Positions 17,202-24,619 of a stretch of DNA of 24,619 nt are shown piece after piece. Made by a program: the position numbers and the translations under genes. The notes under the pieces were generated by a model. That model had not been told where the DNA came from, searched no databases, and worked only from the letters and a program-made list of their open reading frames with translations. The stretch is from Vulcanimicrobiota bacterium (lineage in GTDB: Bacteria > Vulcanimicrobiota > Vulcanimicrobiia > Vulcanimicrobiales > Vulcanimicrobiaceae): assembly GCA_003133025.1 (NCBI GenBank), contig PKZK01000180.1:1-24619 (forward strand), in the 5' to 3' direction. The stretch's first letter is position 1; every line of letters begins with the position of its first letter.

Positions 17202-17742
17202 ACAGGTCGTTGGCGATCCCGAACTGATCGAGCGCCTTGCCCACCGTGTGCGCCACGATCTCCTCGACCGATTGCGGCCGGGCATACATGCCCGGAATCG
17301 GCGGCAGAATGACCGCGCCGATCTCGGCGAGTTGGGTCAGCGTGCGCAAGTGCCCGAGATGCAACGGCGTTTCGCGCACCACGAGCACGAGCCGCCGCTT
17401 CTCCTTGAGCGTCACGTCGGCGGCGCGCACGAGCAAATTGCCGTTCAAGGAATGCGCGATCGCCGAGGCGCTCTTGATCGAGCACGGGATCACGAGCATG
17501 CCCTCGTGCAGGAACGAGCCCGATGAGATCGCCGCGGCCAGATCGTCGTCGCGATAGACGTGATGCGCCAGCGCCTCGAGATCGACCGCGGTCGCGTCGG
17601 TTTCGAGTTCGACCGTGCGCCGCGCCTGATCGCTCATAACCAAGTGGACCTCGACGTCGGCGTGACGCAGGGCGCGCAAGGCGGCGAGCGCGTAGACGCT
17701 CCCGCTCGCACCGGTGACGCCCACGACGAGCTTACTACGCAT
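17185..17742 (-). CDS. ubiX: Flavin prenyltransferase
   Basis: VGVTGASG, ISSGSF, PCS, LLVRAADVTLKEKRRLVLVVRETP, ILPPIPGMY. Confidence 0.96.
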   Translation of the reverse strand: MRSKLVVGVTGASGSVYALAALRALRHADVEVHLVMSDQARRTVELETDATAVDLEALAHHVYRDDDLAAAISSGSFLHEGMLVIPCSIKSASAIAHSLNGNLLVRAADVTLKEKRRLVLVVRETPLHLGHLRTLTQLAEIGAVILPPIPGMYARPQSVEEIVAHTVGKALDQFGIANDLFKRWK

Positions 17743-17805
17743 GAGTTTCCCTTCCGCGCGGCGCCTGCGGGTCCCGCGTCGGCCGTCGCGAACTTCACGA
17801 GGTCG

Positions 17806-19272
17806 ATGTTCGAACCGATCTCAGCCGAAATAGACGCCGCCGGCGATGGAAACGTCGTCGTGCCGGCGACGCGACTGGTTTCCTTCGTTTGCGATGCCGT
17901 GCGCTACGCCGAGGGACTGGGCGACGCCGACGCCCGGCGGCTGGCTCTTTCGCCGTACTCCGGCCTCGCGCACGCCGACGCATGCGCGCTGATCGTTGCC
18001 GCGGGTCCGCGCGCCACATTTCTCGAGACGGTCGGCCGCGAACGCGTGCCGCTCGACCGCGAACGTTTGGCCGGCACGCACGCCTTTGCCCGCGCGCTCG
18101 CCGAACTCGAACGCGTCTATCGCACCCAGGGCGTCACGCTCGAGGAAGTGCTCGACGCCGTGCGCCTGCACTTCGCCTTTGCCGAGCCCGGTTCGCCGCG
18201 CGAACGCACGACCTTCGAGGCGCTCTTCGCGGCGGCGCGCACGTTCGACGAACAAGCGGGCCCGGCGTGGCACGTCGCTGCGGCGCTGCGCGCACTCGAG
18301 CGCGTCGCACCGGCACCGCTTGCGTGCGCTTCGGCGGCGCTCGTAGCGCTGCCGGCGCGCGAGCCCGAAGAGCGCCGCTCCGTACGCCGGCGCAAGACGC
18401 ATTATAGCGCCTCCTCGCTGGCTGCCTATGCGGAGTGCGAGCGACGCTGGTACTATCGCTACGTTTGCGCTTCGGTCGAAGACAAAGGCTCCTCGGCGTC
18501 GTTCTACGGCAGCGCGTTCCATTGGGCGCTCGAAGAATTCCACAAGCGCTATACACGCTCGGACTCCGCGCCGCTCGACGTCCTCGAAAACGAGCTGGAT
18601 CGCTGGCTCCAAACGGCCTTCGAACGCTATCGTACCGGATTCGAAACCGCGGTCGAACTCGATTTGCAAACGCGCCGCGCGCGCCGGACCGGGCGACGCT
18701 ACGTCCACTGGTTCGTCGAACGCGGCCAGACGCGTCCCTTCAGCGTGATCGGCACCGAAGCCGAAGCCCGGCTCGAACTCGAAGGCTACGACTTCATCGG
18801 CTATATCGACCGGCTCGATCGCGACGACGCCACGGGCGCGCTCACCGTCGTCGACTACAAGACGGGAAACATAGCCGAGAGCGCCGCGGAATATCGCAAG
18901 AAGGTCGCGGACTTTCTGGATTTTCAGCTGCCCTTTTATTACTGGGCGCAGACGGAACGCGGCGAGCGCGTCTCGCGCTTGGCGCTCGTGCCGCTCAAGG
19001 ATGCGCTGCTCGACGTGCGCCCGGTGGAACTCGAAGTCGTGCCCCTCTCCGTTCCACCCGGACGCGGTTCGAACGGCGCGACGACGGGCACGATCGGCAT
19101 CGACGAACTCGAACGCGCGCGCGCCAAAATGATCGCGATCGCGCGACGGTTGGCCGACGAGCCCATCGAGCATTTTCCGCCGGCGCGCGACGCCGAGGCC
19201 TGCGTCTTCTGTTCGTACCGCAACGCCTGCCGGTCGCGACCACTGCGCCGCGAAGACAGGTTCGGACGATGA
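17806..19272 (+). CDS. PD-(D/E)XK RecB/AddB-family nuclease with 4-Cys Fe-S staple, ~488 aa
   Basis: YSASSL..C, GSAFHWALE, GYIDRLD, VDYKTG, QLPFY, CVFCSYRNAC; start uncertain. Confidence 0.88.
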   Translation: MFEPISAEIDAAGDGNVVVPATRLVSFVCDAVRYAEGLGDADARRLALSPYSGLAHADACALIVAAGPRATFLETVGRERVPLDRERLAGTHAFARALAELERVYRTQGVTLEEVLDAVRLHFAFAEPGSPRERTTFEALFAAARTFDEQAGPAWHVAAALRALERVAPAPLACASAALVALPAREPEERRSVRRRKTHYSASSLAAYAECERRWYYRYVCASVEDKGSSASFYGSAFHWALEEFHKRYTRSDSAPLDVLENELDRWLQTAFERYRTGFETAVELDLQTRRARRTGRRYVHWFVERGQTRPFSVIGTEAEARLELEGYDFIGYIDRLDRDDATGALTVVDYKTGNIAESAAEYRKKVADFLDFQLPFYYWAQTERGERVSRLALVPLKDALLDVRPVELEVVPLSVPPGRGSNGATTGTIGIDELERARAKMIAIARRLADEPIEHFPPARDAEACVFCSYRNACRSRPLRREDRFGR

Positions 19273-21467
19273 GCGCCCTCGTGCTCGACGACGCGCAGCG
19301 AGTCGCCCTCGAATATCCGTTGGACGCGCGTCTGGCGCTGACGGGTCCGCCGGGAAGCGGCAAGACCACGATTCTCGTGCGCCGCGCCCTGCGCGCCGCC
19401 GCCGAAGGCCTTCCGGTGCTGCTGACCGCGCCGAGCCGGCGCGGCGTCGCACGCCTGCGCGCCGCGCTCGGCGACGCGCCGCAAGCCGCATCGATCGCGT
19501 GCGCGCCGCTGGCCGATGTCGCGTTCGAGGTCTTGCGCGCGTTGGACCCCGCGCGCGAGTTCGACGCAATCGGCGACGTACGGGCAGCGCAGATATTCGA
19601 GCGCATCGGCGCGCCGCTCTTCTCGCTGGAGTGGAGCGAGATCGTCGGCGCCGAGATCGATCCCGAGATCACCGGGCTTCGTACCCCGCAACGCTTCGCG
19701 GCGGCGGCTTACCGCTTGATTCGCAAGCTGCGCCGCGCCGGAATTTCCCCGCGACGCTTCAAGGAACTCTGCGAGAAGGGTGCGACCCAGTTCTTCGGGC
19801 GGATGCCCAATCTCGCCGCGCCCGATCTGATCATGGACACGGCGTCGAAGTATCGCGACTCGCTGCGCGCCGACCCGGCCGAACTCGCGCGGCAACACGC
19901 GCGTGAGATCGATCTGATCAAGATCCTGGTCAAGCTCTACGGTTCGTATGCGGTCGCGTTGACCGGCGCGGGCTGCTTGACCGGCGACGACGCACTCTAC
20001 GAGGCGGCGCGGCTGGCGCATGGCGCTCCCCGCGGAGCCGTCGCGCGATACCGCGCGGCCTTCGTCGACGACGCGCAAGATGCCACCAGCGGCCAACTCG
20101 CCTTTCTGCGCGCGCTCTTCGGCGAGGATCTGCGCGCGGTCACCTTGGCCGGCGATCCCGGCCAAGCCACGCGCGGCTTCGCGGGAGCGCGCGGCGATGC
20201 CGAACTCAACGCGGGCTCGCCGCTCGTCTTGAGCACCTCCTACCGGTGTGCGGCCCCGATCCTCGCGCTCGCCGCGCGCGCGCTCGACCCGACGAAATAC
20301 CCGGCGGTCGCCGCCGAAAGCGATGCCTACAGCCTCTATCGAGGGCAGGACGCGGACGACGAAGCGCGCTTCGTCGCGGCGACCGTCAAGCGTCTGCTCG
20401 CCGGCGGCGCTGCGCCCGAGAGCATCGCGGTCGTGACCCGCAGCCTGCCCGCTGCGCACGTCTACATCGACGCGCTTCTCGGACGCGACGTACCGCTCGA
20501 CGTTGCGGGCGAAGCGAGCCTCTACGATTTTCCCGCCGTGCAAGACGGCCTCGCCGCCCTCTGGGCCGCGGCGAATCCGTATCGCCACGAATATCTGATG
20601 CGCAATCTCGAAGCGCCCTGGCTCAACCTCTCCGACGCGTCGATCGCGATCCTCTGCGCCGAGCCGCCGGAGCAGAAACAGCCGCTGCTCTTCACCTTGC
20701 CCGAGGACGCCGAGGACGAAGATGCGATCCGCGGGCGCTGGGACCGCTTACGCGATCTGCGTCTGGCGCGCAACGTGACCCGCGGCGACGCCGACGCGGC
20801 GCTACCCGACGAAGCTCGCGCACGCATCGTCGCCTTCCGCAACGCGCTCGCGCGCTGGGAGTCGCTCGAACGCGAACTCGATTTGCCCCAACTGAGCCGC
20901 ACGATCCTCGGGGAGACGGTGCTCGCCGTCGCTCGCGACGATGCGCGCGGGCGCTTCGCATGCGGCTTGATCGCCCGGCTGCAGGCGCAGATCGAAGCCT
21001 TTGCGATGCGCCGGCCGCTGGGCACTTTGAGCGATTTCCTCGAAGAAGCCGAAGCCGTCGCGGCGCTCGATTCCGACTTGCTGAGCGTCGATGAGCGGCT
21101 GCCCGGTTGCGTGCGCGTGCTCGACGTGGAAGCGGCCAAAGGCTGCGAATTCGATCACGTCTTCATCGTCGACGTGCGGGCGGGCGCGTTTCCGCGCTAT
21201 TACGTTCCGGACGCGTTCCTGTTCACGCCGAGCTTCGGCATGATTCCCAAGGAAAACGTGGGCGAGGGCGCCCGCAGCGCGCGCACGGCCAAATTCACCT
21301 ACGCCCTCTATCGACTGGGCTTGCGCGCCAAATACAACGCGGAGGAGCGGCGCGCGTTCGCTTGCGCGGCCACGCGCGCCCGCACGTCCCTCTACGTCAG
21401 CGCCTCGGGCCGGCCCACACGCGGGGTGGCGGCGCCCGAAATCTTGGAAGAACTGACCCAGGCGTAG
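19269..21467 (+). CDS. UvrD/AddA/AdnA-like superfamily 1 helicase with divergent motifs, 732 aa
   Basis: LDDAQ, GPPGSGKT, VDDAQD, GDPGQ, STSYRC, AKGCEF, EERR..ATRAR; ATGA overlap with the nuclease gene. Confidence 0.88.
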   Translation: MSALVLDDAQRVALEYPLDARLALTGPPGSGKTTILVRRALRAAAEGLPVLLTAPSRRGVARLRAALGDAPQAASIACAPLADVAFEVLRALDPAREFDAIGDVRAAQIFERIGAPLFSLEWSEIVGAEIDPEITGLRTPQRFAAAAYRLIRKLRRAGISPRRFKELCEKGATQFFGRMPNLAAPDLIMDTASKYRDSLRADPAELARQHAREIDLIKILVKLYGSYAVALTGAGCLTGDDALYEAARLAHGAPRGAVARYRAAFVDDAQDATSGQLAFLRALFGEDLRAVTLAGDPGQATRGFAGARGDAELNAGSPLVLSTSYRCAAPILALAARALDPTKYPAVAAESDAYSLYRGQDADDEARFVAATVKRLLAGGAAPESIAVVTRSLPAAHVYIDALLGRDVPLDVAGEASLYDFPAVQDGLAALWAAANPYRHEYLMRNLEAPWLNLSDASIAILCAEPPEQKQPLLFTLPEDAEDEDAIRGRWDRLRDLRLARNVTRGDADAALPDEARARIVAFRNALARWESLERELDLPQLSRTILGETVLAVARDDARGRFACGLIARLQAQIEAFAMRRPLGTLSDFLEEAEAVAALDSDLLSVDERLPGCVRVLDVEAAKGCEFDHVFIVDVRAGAFPRYYVPDAFLFTPSFGMIPKENVGEGARSARTAKFTYALYRLGLRAKYNAEERRAFACAATRARTSLYVSASGRPTRGVAAPEILEELTQA

Positions 21468-21483
21468 CCGAACCTGCCCGCTC

Positions 21484-22065
21484 GTGATCAATCGCATCGT
21501 TACGAGCGCGCTGCTCGTCCTTCTGCTCGCGAGCCCCGCACCCGCCGCCTCGGACAAGGGTGTCGACGTTACGATCCGCACGACCGCGGGCCAGATCGTC
21601 GTCCACTTGGACACCGCCAAAGCTCCGCTCACGACGCGGAACTTTCTCAAGTACGTCGACGGCCATCTGTACGACGGCGCCTCCTTTTACCGGGTGCTGC
21701 CGCCCGATTCGAGCGGACCCACCAACGCGCCGGGCGTTATTCAGGGCGGTCTGGGCCCGAGCGGCAAGCAGCGCTTTCCCTCCATCGGCGTCGAGCGCAC
21801 CAGCACCACCGGCTTGCACAATACCTCGGGCACGATCGCGATGGCCCGCACGATGGACCCGAACTCAGCGAATAGCGAGTTCTTCATCTGCATCGGCGAC
21901 GACTCATACCTCGACGCCGAGCACAGCCAGGACGGCATCGGTTACGCGGCCTTCGGCAAGGTGGTCAAAGGCTACGACATCGCGGTCAAAATTCAGCATT
22001 CGCCGTCGATCGGCGACCAATTGCATCCGCCGATCAAGATCCTCAGCATCCGCCGAAGCCGGTAG
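21484..22065 (+). CDS. Exported cyclophilin-type peptidyl-prolyl isomerase
   Basis: Signal peptide; KAPLTTRNFLKYV..YDGASFYRV, IQGG, GTIAMAR, SEFFI, YAAFGKVVKG. Confidence 0.94.
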   Translation: MINRIVTSALLVLLLASPAPAASDKGVDVTIRTTAGQIVVHLDTAKAPLTTRNFLKYVDGHLYDGASFYRVLPPDSSGPTNAPGVIQGGLGPSGKQRFPSIGVERTSTTGLHNTSGTIAMARTMDPNSANSEFFICIGDDSYLDAEHSQDGIGYAAFGKVVKGYDIAVKIQHSPSIGDQLHPPIKILSIRRSR

Positions 22066-22262
22066 CGCGACCGATAGGGACGGCGCGGCCGTCCGCGTAA
22101 CGCCGTAGATCCGACCGCTGAGCTACGCCCGGGCCGGGCTGCGGCGCCTCGCGGGCGTGCGGACCGCTTCGGCGCCGGGGGCGCACGGAACTCGCGGCTT
22201 TGCTCGCCTCATCCTCATAAGGGGAAACGACGCGCGACCGCGGCGCGTTCAACCAACACGCC

Positions 22263-23660
22263 ATGCAACTCGACACGTCCACCGATCCGCAAGTCGGCTA
22301 CCGGCCGCCGGGGCAACTCGAGCCCGATGCGCTCGAGCGCTACCGCGGTAACTTTGGCAAGCGACAAGCCGCACATCTCGCGCGCCGCGCGGGCTTCGGC
22401 GCCACGCCGGCGGAGATCGATGCTCTGGTCGGTCGCGGGCTCGACGGATCGCTCGATGCATATTTGCATCCCACCCAGCCCGAGGGCGAGTTCGCCGCTT
22501 ATCCCGATGCGGCCGTACTCTACGATCCGAAGAAGCGGTATGGCGCGGCCAAGCTGTGGTGGCTCGACCGGATGCTCAAAACCAAGCGTCCGCTCGTCGA
22601 GAAGATGACGCTGTTCTGGCACGGCCACTTCGCGACGAGCCTGGCCAAGGTGCCGCCGCAGTTGATGGTGCAGCAGATCGATCTTTTCCGCGCGCACGCA
22701 CTCGGGAATTTTCGCGATCTGCTCTTGGCCGTCTCGCAGGATCCCGCGATGCTCATCTGGCTCGACAACCGCTTCAACGTCGCGGCGCATCCCAACGAAA
22801 ACTACGCGCGCGAGATCATGGAACTCTTCGCGCTCGGATTGGGCAACTACAGTGAAGCCGACATCAAGTCGGCCGCCCGGGCGTTCACCGGCTGGACGCT
22901 CGACAAGGACGCGCGCTTCGTCTACAAGGAGCAAGCGCACGACGCGGGCCTGAAGACCTTCCTCGGCCGCACGGGAAACTTCACCGGCGAAGACGTCGTG
23001 GCGATCATCGTCGAGCAACCCATCCACCAGCGCTTCATCTGTCGCAAGTTGCTCGAATACTTCGTCTACTCCGATCCCGAACCGGCGCTGATCGACGCTT
23101 TGGCCTCGGTCTACGCGCTCTCGGGATACGACGTGGCCAAAACGGTGGGCACGATCCTGCGCTCCAACGTCTTCTTCTCGCTGCGCGCCTATCGCGCGTT
23201 GCCCAAGAGTCCGGTCGAGTTCGCCGTCGGGTCGCTGCGCTATTTGGGCATCGCCGAGATCCCGGCCGATACGCCGGGCTGGCTCGCAAGAATGGGCCAG
23301 GATGTCTTGCAGCCGCCCAGCGTCAAAGGCTGGGACGGCGGCCCGCTGTGGATTTCGACGACGACGTTGCTCGCCCGCTTCAACTTCGTCAACAAGCTCG
23401 TCACCTCGCCGGCGCTGGCGCTCACGCCCGACGCGCTGGTGGCGCAAGCCGGGGGCATGAACGCGACGAACGTGCTCGAGACCATCGTCGCGGGCGCATT
23501 GCAAGACGACGTGACCGGCGACGTGCGCGGCACGCTGCGCGACTTTCTCGACTCCAAGAACGCCGAAGTCCCCGTGCCGCTCGGCCCGGAAAACTATCAG
23601 GCGAAGATTCGCGGCGCGCTCGCGCTCGTGCTCAATCTTCCCGCCAACCAGCTGAACTAG
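22263..23660 (+). CDS. DUF1800 family protein
   Basis: AAHLARRAGFG, LVEKMTLFWHGHFAT, PAMLIWLDN, PNENYAREIMELFALG, AARAFTGW, PPSVKGW. Confidence 0.93.
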   Translation: MQLDTSTDPQVGYRPPGQLEPDALERYRGNFGKRQAAHLARRAGFGATPAEIDALVGRGLDGSLDAYLHPTQPEGEFAAYPDAAVLYDPKKRYGAAKLWWLDRMLKTKRPLVEKMTLFWHGHFATSLAKVPPQLMVQQIDLFRAHALGNFRDLLLAVSQDPAMLIWLDNRFNVAAHPNENYAREIMELFALGLGNYSEADIKSAARAFTGWTLDKDARFVYKEQAHDAGLKTFLGRTGNFTGEDVVAIIVEQPIHQRFICRKLLEYFVYSDPEPALIDALASVYALSGYDVAKTVGTILRSNVFFSLRAYRALPKSPVEFAVGSLRYLGIAEIPADTPGWLARMGQDVLQPPSVKGWDGGPLWISTTTLLARFNFVNKLVTSPALALTPDALVAQAGGMNATNVLETIVAGALQDDVTGDVRGTLRDFLDSKNAEVPVPLGPENYQAKIRGALALVLNLPANQLN

Positions 23661-23669
23661 GACGCACTC

Positions 23670-24619
23670 ATGACATCACGCCGCAACTTCATCTCGAAAG
23701 GTCTCGGAATCGCCGTGCTGGGCGGAACGATTCCATCGTTCCTGCGCACGGCGGCGTTCGCGCAACCGCTCCCCGCGCTCGGAACGTCGCTCGATCCCGG
23801 TAACGTCTTGCTCGTGATCCAGCTGGGCGGCGGGAACGACGGGCTCAACACGATCGTGCCCTACAGCGACGACGCCTACCATCGCGTGCGGCCGGTCATC
23901 GGCATCCCCGCCACGGGCGTGCTGAAGATCGACGATCGGATCGGGCTCAATCCGGTGATGACCGGGCTCGACGACCTCTTCAAGGACGGGCGCGTCGCGA
24001 TCGTTCAGGGCGTGGGTTATCCGAATCCGAACCGCTCGCACTTCGAAGCCACCCAAATCTGGGAGACGGCGTCGCCCGAGGCGCCCGCGACGAACGGCTG
24101 GCTCGGACGCTATCTCGACCGCACGGTGCGGGTGCGGCCGGCGAATGCCGCCGACCCGAGCGACATCTTCACGGCCGTGACGCTCGGCGACACGGTGCCG
24201 ACCGCATTGATCGCGCAGCACGTCGACGTTCCCGCCATCGGCGCGCTGAACACGTTCGGTTACAACACGGGCAAGGACACGAGCTCGAAGACGACCGCAT
24301 CCGTGCTCTACGACGGCGCGAAGCCGGGGCAATCTCCGTACCTCGCGCTCCTTGAGAACACGGCGCGCAACGCGCTGCACGGCGGCGACGTGCTCAAGGC
24401 GAAGATCGCGGGCTACAAGCCGGCGGTCACGTATCCGAAGGACGCATTCTCGCAGCAGCTCCAGCTCGCCGCGCAGATCGTCGGCTCGAACCTCGGCACG
24501 CGCATCGTGTTCGTGTCGATCGGTTCGTTCGATACGCACGCCGGGCAACGCGCGCAGCAGGATCGCCTCCTCGGCTATCTCTCGCAAGGCCTGCGCGCGT
24601 TCTACGCCGATCTCGCCGC
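23670..24619 (+). CDS. DUF1501 family protein with Tat signal (truncated by window end)
   Basis: MTSRRNFI twin-arginine motif; IQLGGGNDGLNTIVPY, GVGYPNPNRSHFEA, GWLGRYLD, GSFDTH; usual partner of DUF1800. Confidence 0.92.
   Translation, partial: MTSRRNFISKGLGIAVLGGTIPSFLRTAAFAQPLPALGTSLDPGNVLLVIQLGGGNDGLNTIVPYSDDAYHRVRPVIGIPATGVLKIDDRIGLNPVMTGLDDLFKDGRVAIVQGVGYPNPNRSHFEATQIWETASPEAPATNGWLGRYLDRTVRVRPANAADPSDIFTAVTLGDTVPTALIAQHVDVPAIGALNTFGYNTGKDTSSKTTASVLYDGAKPGQSPYLALLENTARNALHGGDVLKAKIAGYKPAVTYPKDAFSQQLQLAAQIVGSNLGTRIVFVSIGSFDTHAGQRAQQDRLLGYLSQGLRAFYADLA

Noticed and set aside
18435..19268. Apparent 1010-aa helicase or frameshifted nuclease-helicase fusion
   Set aside because: The upstream part is an Arg-rich shadow frame of the nuclease gene; a clean ATGA overlap at 19269 explains two separate genes.
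17806..19272. Cas4-like nuclease or HNH gene as evidence of CRISPR-Cas or an IscB element
   Set aside because: No repeat-spacer array, other cas genes or RuvC motifs are visible; the context fits DNA repair and a stand-alone HNH gene.
22066..22262. Possible ncRNA or small ORF between the cyclophilin and DUF1800 genes
   Set aside because: Only a 7-bp hairpin (22078-22094) without a U-tract and a short Arg/Ala/Pro-rich antisense frame were seen; no recognisable RNA family.
22215..24587. Long minus-strand ORFs (429 aa and 303 aa), and similar antisense ORFs across the window
   Set aside because: They are antisense shadows of well-supported genes and carry no recognisable motifs.

Overview
High-GC bacterial chromosome segment. 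The taxon cannot be determined from the sequence; the gene style suggests a Terrabacteria lineage such as Ca. Eremiobacterota, but that is a guess. Most of the window is housekeeping: an Orn/Lys/Arg decarboxylase, an M61 peptidase, an HNH nuclease, pdxS/pdxT, a six-hairpin glycosidase, ispE, a MobA-like nucleotidyltransferase, ubiX, an AddAB/AdnAB-like nuclease plus helicase pair, a cyclophilin and a DUF1800/DUF1501 pair. The standout is a lower-GC block of about 5.6 kb (~2630-8280). It encodes a MalT-like STAND ATPase with a C-terminal wHTH-BTAD module, a divergent metacaspase with an altered S1 pocket, a 126-aa Pro/Tyr-rich peptide with internally duplicated motifs, and a radical SAM enzyme with the cysteine architecture of the peptide epimerase EpeE/YydG. 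This is a candidate undescribed caspase-associated RiPP or protein-modification system. It sits behind a SARP regulator that has an apparent binding site in its own promoter. Other signals are a recurring sigma-H-like promoter motif just upstream of several start codons, a probable CTG start for pdxT, and an attenuator-like leader before the HNH gene. All calls come from motif recognition by eye; no searches were run.
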